64,000 bases of DNA from an uncultured Gammaproteobacteria bacterium (GCA_965230895.1 OZ246394.1:313316-377315), one strand, 5' to 3'; counted from the stretch's first letter, positions 47,254-57,377 are shown. Program-made: numbers and translations. The notes: generated by a model not told the origin, from the letters alone.

Positions 47254-47982
47254 ATGGAAGAGCATACAATTCGTCTTAATAAATATCTGGCAAATCTTGG
47301 CATCTGTGCACGACGTGATGTCAAACAACTGCTCAAAGATAAAACGGTTACTGTAAATGGAGAACGAGCAAAAGAACAGGGTATTCGAATCGATCCAGAA
47401 AAAGATGATATCAGAATCGATGGGAAAAAACTTGAAGCTCCAAAATTGGTGTACTATTTAGTAAATAAACCAAAAGGAATTGTCTCAACAACTTCCGATG
47501 AATTCGGTCGAGCGAATGTCACATCTCTTGTCCCATCAGGTCAAAGAGTTTATCCAGTTGGGCGTTTGGATAAAGATACCACCGGATTAATTATCCTCAC
47601 CAATGATGGTGAGTTGACAAACCTCCTCACGCATCCAAGATATCATGTCGACAAAGTGTACAAATTAACAATTGCTGGGTCCTTGGATCGATACCAATTG
47701 CGTGCTTTACGAAGAGGGGTTTTACTTGATGATGGTATCACCTATCCTGCAGAAGTAACTGTGGTGAGCGAATCCGGTGGACGATCTATTGTTGAGATGA
47801 AAATCCATGAGGGTCGCAACCGCCAAATCAGGAGAATGTGTGAAACTGTTGGAGCGAATCTTCTTGAGTTGCAACGAATTACATTTGGTCCGATTCCTTT
47901 GAGCAATTTGAAAGAAGGAAAATACCGAGATATAACTCCAAAAGAAATTGATATGCTCAGACAATCTGCAAAAGGCGTATAA
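47254..47982 (+). CDS. rRNA pseudouridine synthase (RsuA/RluB family) with N-terminal S4 domain
   Basis: IRLNKYLANLGICARRDVKQLL (S4 domain). VYPVGRLDKDTTGLIILTNDG is the catalytic Asp motif. Confidence 0.9.
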   Translation: MEEHTIRLNKYLANLGICARRDVKQLLKDKTVTVNGERAKEQGIRIDPEKDDIRIDGKKLEAPKLVYYLVNKPKGIVSTTSDEFGRANVTSLVPSGQRVYPVGRLDKDTTGLIILTNDGELTNLLTHPRYHVDKVYKLTIAGSLDRYQLRALRRGVLLDDGITYPAEVTVVSESGGRSIVEMKIHEGRNRQIRRMCETVGANLLELQRITFGPIPLSNLKEGKYRDITPKEIDMLRQSAKGV

Positions 47983-47995
47983 TAAGTATGTTCTT

Positions 47996-50314
47996 ATGAG
48001 CTTATTTAAAAAGTTATTCTTGCTTTTATCTTTTTCATTTTTATTGATTGCTCAGACTAACCAAGCGCAAGCACAAACTGCATCTGTACGTCTGGGTGGA
48101 ATGAATTTATATGGTTATTGCCAGAGCCTTAATCAAGGAGGATCAACATTAAATGGGAATACATGGCAATGTGAATCCGGACAGACAATTAATCTCGATG
48201 CAGCATGTCGATGGCAATACAATAATCCAACGTCTGTATCCAGACAGGAGGCTGCAAATAATCCATACACCTGGGCATGTTATACAGCTGGTTCAACTCC
48301 TACACCCACAATCTCTCCGACACAACCGCCACCTCCAACGCCAGTTGTTGCTACTCCAACCCGAGCAGTCACACCAACCCCGTCTGCTGGAACACTCGTT
48401 ATTTTTGATGATGCTTTAGCAACAGGATGGACGGATGCTTCGTATCGTGCAACAAATTCGATTGTCACAACGCAAGCTGGTGTCGGCACACGATCAATCT
48501 CTTCAACATTGCAAGCTGATGGAGGATTTAATGTACAATCTATAAGTGGTATACAAACAAATGCTAATACAGTTTTGCATTTCATGCTTCGTGCCTCTGT
48601 AGCAAATCAACGCTATGAAGTGTATGTCGATTCGCAATATGGCCAACCACTTCGTGAACCAGTTTCCTTGGCAAATTATGGAGGACAACCTACCACAACA
48701 GCATGGCGAACATATGACATCCCATTAAGTGATTTAGGTGGTGCAAATATTTCTTTGCGTGACATTGCGATCCATGATGCGTCTGGATCTAATCAACAAG
48801 CTGTTTTTATCGATCAAGTTGAACTCAGATCAATAACTGTTTCTACATCTCCAACTGTTGTTCCAACAGCCACTCCAGTTGTAAGTGTTACGCCAACACC
48901 TACAAGGACAGTCACACCGACACCGACGACTACACCCCAAGCTGGTGCAACAGTTACTGTGTTTGCGGATGCCTTAGCAAATGGTTGGACGGATGCGTCT
49001 TACTCAACCACAAATAATATCGTTACAAATCCTGTTGGCAGCGGCACAAATGCAATTGCCGCGACAATCAATCGAGATGGTGGTTTTGATTTACAATCAG
49101 TAAATGGCTTGTTGACATCAAATAATAGTATTCTTCATTTTATGCTCAGAGCATCTACTGCAAATCAACAATATGAAGTCTATGCAGATACTGTGTATGG
49201 ACAACCGTTAAGAGAACCAGTTTCGCTTGCAAATTATGGCGGCCAGCCAACAACGACTGCGTGGCGAACATATGATATTCCATTGAGTGATCTTGGCGCG
49301 ACAAATGTTTCTTTGCGTGACATAGTCCTTCATGATGCCGCTGGTGCAAACCAAGGAATTGTATATATCGATCAGATTGAACTGAGATCCGTTGCCTCTG
49401 CTGCAACACCAACTGTCGCACCAACGATTCGGGCCACTGCAACTCCTACACCGACGCCTACGGCTACTCCAAACACTGGTGTTCGACGAAGTATTTATTC
49501 ATTAACTCCTCAGGAAGTGACTCGATTAACAAACGCATTTAATACAATTCGTGCCAACGGTGTCTATCAGGATTTTATGAATCGTCATATGCAATCTATG
49601 ATGACGTTAACACAGCCAAATGATCCGACGACACTGCGAAATGTTGCTCATCGCGGGCCATCATTCTTACCATGGCATCGATCAATTACCCGTGAATTTG
49701 AATTAGCGCTACAATCAGCTGATCCAAGTGTAACGCTTCCGTATTGGCCATTTGAGCAAGAGACACCAGGACAATTGCCACGAGTTTTCTCTGCGGCATA
49801 TTTCGGTGGTGATGGAAATCCTGCATTTGGGAATAGGGTTATCGATGGTCCATTTGCATCATGGCAGATTACTCGTATGGTCGGTCGAGATCCAGAAGGA
49901 CAAGCTACTGCTCCAACACAAGCAAATGTAAATGCGCTGATGCAATATACAAACTATGACTCCGCACCATACAATGAAACTTCAAGTGGCTTTCGTAACG
50001 GTATCGAAGGCTGGATTGGGCCAAATGGTCAATGGAGTATGCACAATAGAATTCATGCATATGTTGGTGGAGATATGCTTCCTCGAGATGATATGAGTAC
50101 CAATGTTGTCAACGACCCTATCTTTTGGCTCGTGCATGCAAATATTGATCGCATCTGGTGGCAATGGCAACAAACTCGTGGAATTACCAATTACCAACCT
50201 GCAAGCGGTGGACCAACGGGGCACAACCTAAATGATCGAATGCAATTCCTTAATAGCAATACAACACCTGCAAGTAATTTAGATATTCGAACGATGGGAT
50301 ATTCGTATCAATAA
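47996..50314 (+). CDS. Secreted tyrosinase (type-3 di-copper oxidase) with two tandem N-terminal repeat domains
   Basis: Signal peptide MSLFKKLFLLLSFSFLLIAQTNQAQA/QT, a Cys-rich ~70-aa module and Pro/Thr linkers. Two ~149-aa repeats span aa 147-295 and 332-480. CuA is ...NRHMQSM...AHRGPSFLPWHRS. CuB is ...MHNRIHAYVGGDM...DPIFWLVHANIDRIWWQWQ. The ORF-track start at 47948 (TTG) overlaps the previous gene. Confidence 0.8.
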   Translation: MSLFKKLFLLLSFSFLLIAQTNQAQAQTASVRLGGMNLYGYCQSLNQGGSTLNGNTWQCESGQTINLDAACRWQYNNPTSVSRQEAANNPYTWACYTAGSTPTPTISPTQPPPPTPVVATPTRAVTPTPSAGTLVIFDDALATGWTDASYRATNSIVTTQAGVGTRSISSTLQADGGFNVQSISGIQTNANTVLHFMLRASVANQRYEVYVDSQYGQPLREPVSLANYGGQPTTTAWRTYDIPLSDLGGANISLRDIAIHDASGSNQQAVFIDQVELRSITVSTSPTVVPTATPVVSVTPTPTRTVTPTPTTTPQAGATVTVFADALANGWTDASYSTTNNIVTNPVGSGTNAIAATINRDGGFDLQSVNGLLTSNNSILHFMLRASTANQQYEVYADTVYGQPLREPVSLANYGGQPTTTAWRTYDIPLSDLGATNVSLRDIVLHDAAGANQGIVYIDQIELRSVASAATPTVAPTIRATATPTPTPTATPNTGVRRSIYSLTPQEVTRLTNAFNTIRANGVYQDFMNRHMQSMMTLTQPNDPTTLRNVAHRGPSFLPWHRSITREFELALQSADPSVTLPYWPFEQETPGQLPRVFSAAYFGGDGNPAFGNRVIDGPFASWQITRMVGRDPEGQATAPTQANVNALMQYTNYDSAPYNETSSGFRNGIEGWIGPNGQWSMHNRIHAYVGGDMLPRDDMSTNVVNDPIFWLVHANIDRIWWQWQQTRGITNYQPASGGPTGHNLNDRMQFLNSNTTPASNLDIRTMGYSYQ
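48386..49387 (+). repeat. Intragenic tandem duplication (2 x ~447 nt) encoding the repeated N-terminal domain of the tyrosinase
   Basis: 48386..48832 and 48941..49387 encode near-identical ~149-aa units (...LHFMLRAS.ANQ.YEVY.D..YGQPLREPVSLANYGGQPTTTAWRTYDIPLSDLG...), separated by a Pro/Thr linker. Confidence 0.7.
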
Positions 50315-50316
50315 AA

Positions 50317-50889
50317 ATGGTCTATACTAATGCTATGCGAAGATATATTTTATTAACAGCTGTTTTCGTTGGGCTTCTTTTTGTAACTCCACAACAGACA
50401 TTTGCCGTTTATAATGCAACTGATGGGAGTGTGAAAGGTACACTCGAGATTACTCCGAAAGATCCTCCGTATGCTGGACTACCTCTTAAATTAAAGTTTC
50501 AATTTGCTGACACACCACAAGGTTTTTCTCTACGTAATTGTGATTGCCAATTAAGTGTTGAAGAGCCTGGCAGACTTTCATCAAATATTCCAGTAACATT
50601 ACAAAATGAATCTGGTCCCGATGTCTTATTTGTCACTGTACAATATCTTTTTCCAAGCAATGCCCAATATAAGCTTACAATGAACGCGAAGCCAAAAGTA
50701 GCAAATGCGTTTGCTCCATTTACACTATCCTGGAATGTTCCTGTACAAGAAAATAAAAACCTTGTTCCATATACGAGTCATAAAGAGAAAAGTACGAGTA
50801 ACTATGTTGGAATTATAATCCCTCTCGTTATTGGAGTTGGTCTTATACTTGCGTTTATCTTCCGCAAAAAACTCCGACTCAAAAAATAA
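50317..50889 (+). CDS. Hypothetical secreted, C-terminally membrane-anchored protein (possible tyrosinase accessory protein)
   Basis: Signal peptide, beta-rich middle with a CDCQ motif, C-terminal TM plus KKLRLKK. Starts 3 nt after the tyrosinase stop. Confidence 0.4.
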   Translation: MVYTNAMRRYILLTAVFVGLLFVTPQQTFAVYNATDGSVKGTLEITPKDPPYAGLPLKLKFQFADTPQGFSLRNCDCQLSVEEPGRLSSNIPVTLQNESGPDVLFVTVQYLFPSNAQYKLTMNAKPKVANAFAPFTLSWNVPVQENKNLVPYTSHKEKSTSNYVGIIIPLVIGVGLILAFIFRKKLRLKK

Positions 50890-50957
50890 ATAGTGTACGC
50901 TTTATTACATAAATCATTGTCCTTTCAGAGTACATTTGTTATATTATCTGATAATAA

Positions 50958-53333
50958 ATGCCTAGGCTAAGATCTACGAAACAAACTAACTTACACCACT
51001 TCATTATTGGTGATGGCGAGATGGCTGATAGAATTCGGGAGTTTAACTGGGCAAAAACCGCACTCGGTCCAATAACTGAATGGCCGCAAAGTCTTCTTAC
51101 CTCTGTAAATATAGTACTGCAATCTCCTGTCCCGCTTGTCATGTTATGGGGTAAAGATGGCATTATGATTTATAACGATGGATACTCAGAGTTTGCTGGT
51201 GCAAGGCATCCGTCCTTACTTGGTTCAAAAGTACTTGAAGGTTGGCCTGAAGTTGCAGATCTTAACCGATTGGTTATGAAGAAAGGACTCCAAGGAAAAA
51301 CACTTTCGTACAAAGACCGCCATTTAGTTTTATACAGAAATAACATTAAAGAAGATCTCTGGTGCGATCTTAATTACAGTCCCATTATTGACGAGAGTGG
51401 AAAACCTGCGGGAGTACTAGCCATTGTCGTTGAAACAACAGGTCGTATTCTGGCTGAAAGACTCAAACAAAACGTAGAAAAAGATTTGCAAAATGAAAAA
51501 GATCGTTTAAAGAGTGTTCTTATGCAAGCTCCCGCATCTATTGCTGTGACCAGAGGAGAAAATCACGTGTATGAGTTAAAGAATACTCTTTACATGGAAC
51601 TCATTGGAAAGAAACGGGATATCATTGGTAAAACAGTTCGTGAAGCCTTACCCGAATTAGAAGGACAAGGCTTTTATGAACTACTGGATAATGTATTTAA
51701 AACAGGAATCCCCTATATCGGAAATGAGACCTTAGTAAAATTAGATAGAAAAGGAACAAAAAAGTTAGATAGCATTTACGTTAACTTTGTCTACCAACCG
51801 ATAAAGGACTCTGATGGAAACGTAGAAAGTATTTTTGTTCATGCAGTCGATGTTACAGACCAGGTCTTGGTGAAGAAGAAGATTGAAGAAAGTGAGGAAA
51901 AGTACCGAAGTCTCTTTAACACAATGGATCAAGGGTTCTGTATTATTGAGATGATCTTTAATCGTAACAGAAGACCTGTAGACTATCGTTTTGTCGAACT
52001 TAATCCTACATTTGAAAAACAAATTGGAATACATAATGCCATTGGAAAAACAGCAAAGGAACTTCTCCCCCATTTAGAAAAAAATTGGCTCGAGCACTTT
52101 GGAAGTGTTGCTCTTACAGGTAATTCAACCCGTTTTACAGATGGCTCTGACGAAAAAGGTCGTTGGTTTGATATTTATGCATTCCGCTTAGGTAAAAAGG
52201 ATAGTTTGCGAGTTGCGCTCCTCTTTACTGATATAACAGAACAAAAGCGATATGAAAACCATCTAAAAGAGCGAGAGAACTATTATCGCGAAATGACAGA
52301 TAACACACCAATTATGACTTGGGTTACAAACGTAAAAGCTAAATGTACGTATCTTAGTAGACCATGGTTTGAGTACACAGGTCAGACTTCTAAAGCGGCA
52401 TTAGGAAATGGTTGGTTGAAACCTGTGCATCCAGATGATTCAAAACATGCAAGCGAAACGTTTCTGGAAGCATATAAAAGTAGGAAAGCATTTAGCTTAG
52501 AGTATCGTTTGCGGAGATATGATGGCGTCTACCGATGGCATATGGATTCAGGACTACCAAAATTTGATAATAGAGGTATTTTTCAAGGATATATCGGTTC
52601 AGTTGTGGATATCCACGACCGAAAGATACTTGAACGTCAGAAAGATGATTTCTTGGGCATTGCCTCACATGAACTAAAAACTCCTGTAACGAGTATTAAA
52701 GCATATGGACAAGTATTGCAGCGTATGTTCAAAAATGAAGGCAACGTTAAAGGCGTTGAACATCTGGCCAAAATGGACGCACAAGTGAACCGTTTAAGCA
52801 ATTTAATTGAAGATTTACTTGATGTAACCAAGATCCAATCAGGTCGATTGCAGTTTCATGAAGAATATTTTGATTTGAATACTATTATTAATAATGTTGT
52901 TGAAGAGATTCAACGTACTACTGATAAACATACAATCATCAAGAAATTAGATAAGACAAAAAAGCTCTACGGAGATAGTGAAAGAATAGGACAAGTTATT
53001 ACCAACCTGATGACTAATGCAATAAAATATTCTCCAAAATCAGATAAAATTAATGTGTACACAAAGGTTGAACCAAAATCGGTAACACTTTGTGTTCAAG
53101 ACTTCGGTGTAGGAATCCCAACGGATAAAAAGGAAAAAGTATTTGAACAGTTCTTTCGAGTTAGTGGGCCAAAACAGGACACTTTCCCAGGATTGGGTTT
53201 GGGATTATATATTTCTAGTGAGATAATTAAACGTGAAGGTGGTAGAATCTGGGTTGAGAGTACAGAAGGCAAGGGTTCAACGTTCTGTTTTCGTCTGCCG
53301 ATAAGACAGAAACCTCAAAAGAAAAAGCTATGA
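50958..53333 (+). CDS. Multi-PAS sensor histidine kinase (soluble)
   Basis: Four PAS-like modules, HisKA ASHELKTPVTSIKAY, HATPase GLGLGLYISSEIIKREGGRIWVESTEGKGSTFCFRLP. The likely real start is Met22 at 51021. ATGA overlap with the receiver gene. Confidence 0.85.
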   Translation: MPRLRSTKQTNLHHFIIGDGEMADRIREFNWAKTALGPITEWPQSLLTSVNIVLQSPVPLVMLWGKDGIMIYNDGYSEFAGARHPSLLGSKVLEGWPEVADLNRLVMKKGLQGKTLSYKDRHLVLYRNNIKEDLWCDLNYSPIIDESGKPAGVLAIVVETTGRILAERLKQNVEKDLQNEKDRLKSVLMQAPASIAVTRGENHVYELKNTLYMELIGKKRDIIGKTVREALPELEGQGFYELLDNVFKTGIPYIGNETLVKLDRKGTKKLDSIYVNFVYQPIKDSDGNVESIFVHAVDVTDQVLVKKKIEESEEKYRSLFNTMDQGFCIIEMIFNRNRRPVDYRFVELNPTFEKQIGIHNAIGKTAKELLPHLEKNWLEHFGSVALTGNSTRFTDGSDEKGRWFDIYAFRLGKKDSLRVALLFTDITEQKRYENHLKERENYYREMTDNTPIMTWVTNVKAKCTYLSRPWFEYTGQTSKAALGNGWLKPVHPDDSKHASETFLEAYKSRKAFSLEYRLRRYDGVYRWHMDSGLPKFDNRGIFQGYIGSVVDIHDRKILERQKDDFLGIASHELKTPVTSIKAYGQVLQRMFKNEGNVKGVEHLAKMDAQVNRLSNLIEDLLDVTKIQSGRLQFHEEYFDLNTIINNVVEEIQRTTDKHTIIKKLDKTKKLYGDSERIGQVITNLMTNAIKYSPKSDKINVYTKVEPKSVTLCVQDFGVGIPTDKKEKVFEQFFRVSGPKQDTFPGLGLGLYISSEIIKREGGRIWVESTEGKGSTFCFRLPIRQKPQKKKL

Positions 53334-53689
53334 AAAAAAAGACAATAATGGTTGCCGATGATGATCCAGCAATTGTTGATGCATTAAAACTAATGCTGGA
53401 ATTTGCTGAGTATGATGTTATTACCACAGAAGATGGCAATGAAGTACGTAATCTTAAAGGCCGTCTTCCTGATCTCCTACTCCTAGATATATGGATGTCA
53501 GGTGAGAACGGTCGCGAAATCTGTAAAAAACTTAAATCGCAACAATCAACAAAATCACTTCCAGTAATCCTCATCTCTGCAAGCCGCGAAGTTGAAAAGT
53601 CTGCAAGAGATGCTGGAGCTGAGGACTTCATCGCCAAGCCATTTGAGATGGATGAGCTGCTCAACAAAATCGAAAAATACGTGCAATAG
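53330..53689 (+). CDS. Stand-alone response-regulator receiver (translationally coupled to kinase 50958..53333)
   Basis: TIMVADDDPAIVDAL...LLLLDIWMSGENGREICKKLK...ISAS. Closest paralog of 965..1360, including at the DNA level. Confidence 0.85.
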   Translation: MKKKTIMVADDDPAIVDALKLMLEFAEYDVITTEDGNEVRNLKGRLPDLLLLDIWMSGENGREICKKLKSQQSTKSLPVILISASREVEKSARDAGAEDFIAKPFEMDELLNKIEKYVQ

Positions 53690-53691
53690 TA

Positions 53692-54357
53692 TTAGCTCCA
53701 ATTAATTGGAGTTAATCCATGTTTCTTTAAATATTCATTACATTGGCTGAAGTGGTGATTGTTATAAAACATTGTGACAGAGTACGGTGAAGGATGTCCT
53801 GATGTGAGCACTAAATTATCTTCTCTCTTTATGACCAATCCTTTATTTTGTGCGTACTTTCCCCATAGCATGTAAACGACATGTTTGCGATCTGCATTGA
53901 GTGCATGAATGACACTGTCTGTGAATTCTTCCCATCCTTTCTTCGCATGTGATGCCGGATTGCCAGCTCGAACAGTTAAAACGCTATTGAGCATGAGAAC
54001 TCCTTGCTTTGCCCAACGGGTCAAATCTCCAGATGGAGATGGAGTAATTCCTAAATCATTTTTGATTTCCTGATAAATATTTTTGAGTGATGGCGGAAGA
54101 GCTATGCCATCATTAACCGAAAATGATAATCCATTCGCTTGCTTAAACCCGTGATATGGATCTTGTCCGACAATAACTACTTTAACTTGATCGAAAGGGC
54201 AGAGATCAAATGCCCTAAAAATATTTGGACCAGGTGGATAGACTTTATTTGTTTTATATTCTTCTTTGACAAAAGCCGTGAGGTTTTTCCAGTAATCCTG
54301 CTCAAATTGTGGAGCTAATTCTTTCTTCCAACTTTCATCAATTTTCACTTCACTCAT
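53692..54357 (-). CDS. ung: Uracil-DNA glycosylase (family 1)
   Basis: VVIVGQDPYHG (water-activating loop), ...GVLMLNSVLTV..., GHPSPYS (His loop). Start set at MSEVK.... The ORF track extends to 54444. Confidence 0.85.
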   Translation of the reverse strand: MSEVKIDESWKKELAPQFEQDYWKNLTAFVKEEYKTNKVYPPGPNIFRAFDLCPFDQVKVVIVGQDPYHGFKQANGLSFSVNDGIALPPSLKNIYQEIKNDLGITPSPSGDLTRWAKQGVLMLNSVLTVRAGNPASHAKKGWEEFTDSVIHALNADRKHVVYMLWGKYAQNKGLVIKREDNLVLTSGHPSPYSVTMFYNNHHFSQCNEYLKKHGLTPINWS

Positions 54358-54487
54358 GACCTTTATCATATAGTTGATACGCAAGATATGCAAGCAATTC
54401 TTGCAAAAAACTGAAAGAACCTGATATAACCTTCTCTTACACATTTCTTCATTGACTTAAGCTCTTCGATTTAGTAATTTAGAAGTT

Positions 54488-54886
54488 ATGAAAATGAAGT
54501 TAGAACTCATTCCAGTTCCTGTCACAGATGTCGATCGAGCAAAAGCTTTTTATGTTGAAAAGCTTGGATTTAACGCTGATCATGACCATAGAGTGAGTGA
54601 GCAAGTTCGATTTGTTCAGCTTACCCCTGAAGGATCAGCGTGTTCAATTTGTATTGGCGAAGGCCTTACAGAAATGACTCCTGGATCGATGAAAGGGTTA
54701 CAAGTTGTCATTGATAACGCGCAAGCTGCGCATGATGAACTCAAAGCAAAGGGTGTTGATGTCAGTGATGTCGATGAACAAGTGTGGGGTAAATTTGTCT
54801 ATTTTAGTGATCCAGATGGCAACACATGGGCACTTCAAGAACTTCCTGACTACAGTAAAAATTCAGAACTTACGCAAACATCTTGA
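54488..54886 (+). CDS. VOC (glyoxalase) family protein
   Basis: MKLELIPVPVTDVDRAKAFYVEKLGF... Confidence 0.75.
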   Translation: MKMKLELIPVPVTDVDRAKAFYVEKLGFNADHDHRVSEQVRFVQLTPEGSACSICIGEGLTEMTPGSMKGLQVVIDNAQAAHDELKAKGVDVSDVDEQVWGKFVYFSDPDGNTWALQELPDYSKNSELTQTS

Positions 54887-54893
54887 AGCTAGT

Positions 54894-55520
54894 ATGTCAA
54901 AGAAAACTCTTCTTACGCTCAGTATGTTTGCAGGACCTCTCTATATAGGACTGGCAGTTCTCCAAATGATACTTCGTCCTGAATTTGATATAACAAAACA
55001 TTCCCTTAGTCTCATGAGTAATGGATCTCTTGGATGGATCCAAATCAGTAATTTTATTCTCACTGGATTGTTTGTCATTGCTGGAGGAGTTGGTATCAAC
55101 AAAGTGCTAAAAGGTAAATCAGGTGGTACGTGGGGTCCTCTCATGCTCGGATTATATGGACTTGGATTAGTTGCTGCTGGACTTTTCAAAGCAGATCCAA
55201 TGGGTGGATTTCCACCTGATAGTCCGACGATGAATGTTGTTACCACTAGTGGACTTATGCATTTAATCGTTGGTAGCATCGGGTTTATTGGATTAATTGC
55301 TGCGTGTTTTATCTTTGCTCGAAAGTTTTATAAAGATAAGGATCAAACATGGGCGAATTATTCCCTTGCGACTGGAATTATCTTCTTTCTCGCATTTGCC
55401 GGTATTGCATCAGGTTCTCAACCAGGGAGTCCACTTCTTACTCCAGTAACGCTTGGATTTTATTTTGCCGTAGCGTGGAGTTTCATTTGGCTCTCTCTTC
55501 TCTCAAAGAAGTTAATCTGA
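54894..55520 (+). CDS. DUF998-like polytopic membrane protein
   Basis: Six TM helices. Start at MSKKTLLTLSMFAGPLYIGLAVLQ. The ORF-track N-terminal extension overlaps the VOC gene and is rejected. Confidence 0.5.
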   Translation: MSKKTLLTLSMFAGPLYIGLAVLQMILRPEFDITKHSLSLMSNGSLGWIQISNFILTGLFVIAGGVGINKVLKGKSGGTWGPLMLGLYGLGLVAAGLFKADPMGGFPPDSPTMNVVTTSGLMHLIVGSIGFIGLIAACFIFARKFYKDKDQTWANYSLATGIIFFLAFAGIASGSQPGSPLLTPVTLGFYFAVAWSFIWLSLLSKKLI

Positions 55521-55574
55521 TATAATAGATTGAATAGCTGAGGTAACTTATTACTCTTCGTTCTCTTCTAGCGT

Positions 55575-56990
55575 ATGTCCAAACATTTCGAATCAATCAG
55601 GAAGAATATGGTTTTGCTTTTGTTGTCTTTGACAATGTTTCTTGTTGTGCTCGATAGCGCGATTGTGAACGTCGCACTTCCTGCAATTAAAAACGATCTT
55701 CATTTTGATGCAGCATCGCTTCAATGGGTTTTGACAGCTTACATTTTAACGTTTGGTGGTTTTCTCATGTTGGGAGGAAGAGCTGCTGATTTATTCGGTC
55801 GACGAAAAGTTCTTCTCTGGGGAATTGGTGGATTTACATTATTTTCTCTATTAATTGGTTTATCACACACGAGCTTAATGCTTATTATTTTGCGTGCATT
55901 ACAAGGATTGGCAGCAGCATTTATGGCGCCAACTGCCTTATCAATTCTTTTAACAACTTTTGAGGAAGGCCCAGAAAGAAACCGAGCGCTAAGTATTTGG
56001 GGACTCGTGGCATCTGGTGGTGCGGCTGCTGGGGTTTTCCTCGGTGGTGTTCTCACCCAATTTCTTGGATGGCAATGGTGTTTCTTCGTCAACGTCCCCG
56101 TAGGTTTGATTGCAATCTGGGGCATCTTAAAATACATTCCTGCACAACCGCATGATGAAAGTAATAAAAACCTTGATATACCAGGTGCATTTCTCGTAAC
56201 AAGTGGACTTATAGCAGTAGTCTATGCACTAACTCTTGCACCTGAAATTGGCTGGACAGCTCCAGAAACAATTACCGCAATGCTTGCAGGGTTAGTCCTG
56301 CTAGCACTCTTTCTATTTAATGAAACAAAAGCGAAGCATCCATTGGTTCCGCTTAAGATTTTTAAAAATAGAAATCTAAGTGGTGGTAATTTAATTATGT
56401 TACCTGTTGTTGCTGGTGCGTTGGGACAAGGATTCTTTCTCACGCTTTATATTCAAAACATTTTGCACTACTCCCCAGTCCAAACTGGTTTGAGCTTTCT
56501 CCCAGTGCCAATCATTATCGGTATTATTTCGTTCAACGCTCCAAAGCTTCTCAACAAGTTTGATGTCAAATCATTGCTTGTCACTGGAACAATTCTTGTA
56601 ACAATTGGTGTCTTTATGTTTAGTTTCCTTAATGAAAATTCTTCGTATCTTCTACATCTATTGCCCGCATACATTATTATGGCAGTTGGATTTGGACTTT
56701 CATTCATTTCTGTCACAATCGCGGCAACAGCTGGTATCCCTCATCATGAGGCTGGTCTTGCATCAGGGTTACTGAATACCTCGCAACAAGTTGGTGGTGC
56801 GTTAGGATTGGCTGTGCTTACTGTTGTTGCAAATACTGCGACTGAAAGTGCGAAAGCAATGGGTTGGTCACAAGGTCTTTCAAATCTTTACGGTTATCAG
56901 CAAGTATTTTTATGGGCGTCAGCAATGATGCTTGTATCAGTCTTCATCGCTTGGTTCGTCATTAAGATGCCTAAGAATGTGAGTCATTAG
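55575..56990 (+). CDS. MFS transporter, DHA2 family
   Basis: LVVLDSAIVNVALPAIKNDL...LQWVLTAYILTFGGFLMLGGRAADLFGRRK. Paralog of 19760..21178. Confidence 0.85.
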   Translation: MSKHFESIRKNMVLLLLSLTMFLVVLDSAIVNVALPAIKNDLHFDAASLQWVLTAYILTFGGFLMLGGRAADLFGRRKVLLWGIGGFTLFSLLIGLSHTSLMLIILRALQGLAAAFMAPTALSILLTTFEEGPERNRALSIWGLVASGGAAAGVFLGGVLTQFLGWQWCFFVNVPVGLIAIWGILKYIPAQPHDESNKNLDIPGAFLVTSGLIAVVYALTLAPEIGWTAPETITAMLAGLVLLALFLFNETKAKHPLVPLKIFKNRNLSGGNLIMLPVVAGALGQGFFLTLYIQNILHYSPVQTGLSFLPVPIIIGIISFNAPKLLNKFDVKSLLVTGTILVTIGVFMFSFLNENSSYLLHLLPAYIIMAVGFGLSFISVTIAATAGIPHHEAGLASGLLNTSQQVGGALGLAVLTVVANTATESAKAMGWSQGLSNLYGYQQVFLWASAMMLVSVFIAWFVIKMPKNVSH

Positions 56991-57005
56991 GAAATACGTA
57001 ATTGT

Positions 57006-57374
57006 ATGAAATACAAATTCTCCGCAGATAAAGCTAATAAATTCAAGAAACACGGAATTGATTTAACTGTTTATAGAGAAGATGTCCCATCCGCAAATGT
57101 CGTTTATGTAGAAGTCGATGGAGGACACATGCAGGAATTCAAAGATACTACGAGCCACTTTATTTATTACATCATTGAAGGGAATGGAGTGTTTATTTTG
57201 GATGATGAACAAGTTGAAGTAAAAGCTACAGATTTGATTGTCATTCCGCCAAATACGAGAATTCACTACTTCGGAAAAATGAAAATGACTCTTACGGTAA
57301 CTCCGGCATGGAAGGCTGAAAATGAAGTACATGTACGATTCATTGATGAGCAAGAAAACCCTTTGAAGCAATAG
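57006..57374 (+). CDS. Cupin-fold protein
   Basis: Single double-stranded beta-helix pattern. Weak. Confidence 0.5.
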   Translation: MKYKFSADKANKFKKHGIDLTVYREDVPSANVVYVEVDGGHMQEFKDTTSHFIYYIIEGNGVFILDDEQVEVKATDLIVIPPNTRIHYFGKMKMTLTVTPAWKAENEVHVRFIDEQENPLKQ

Positions 57375-57377
57375 CTA

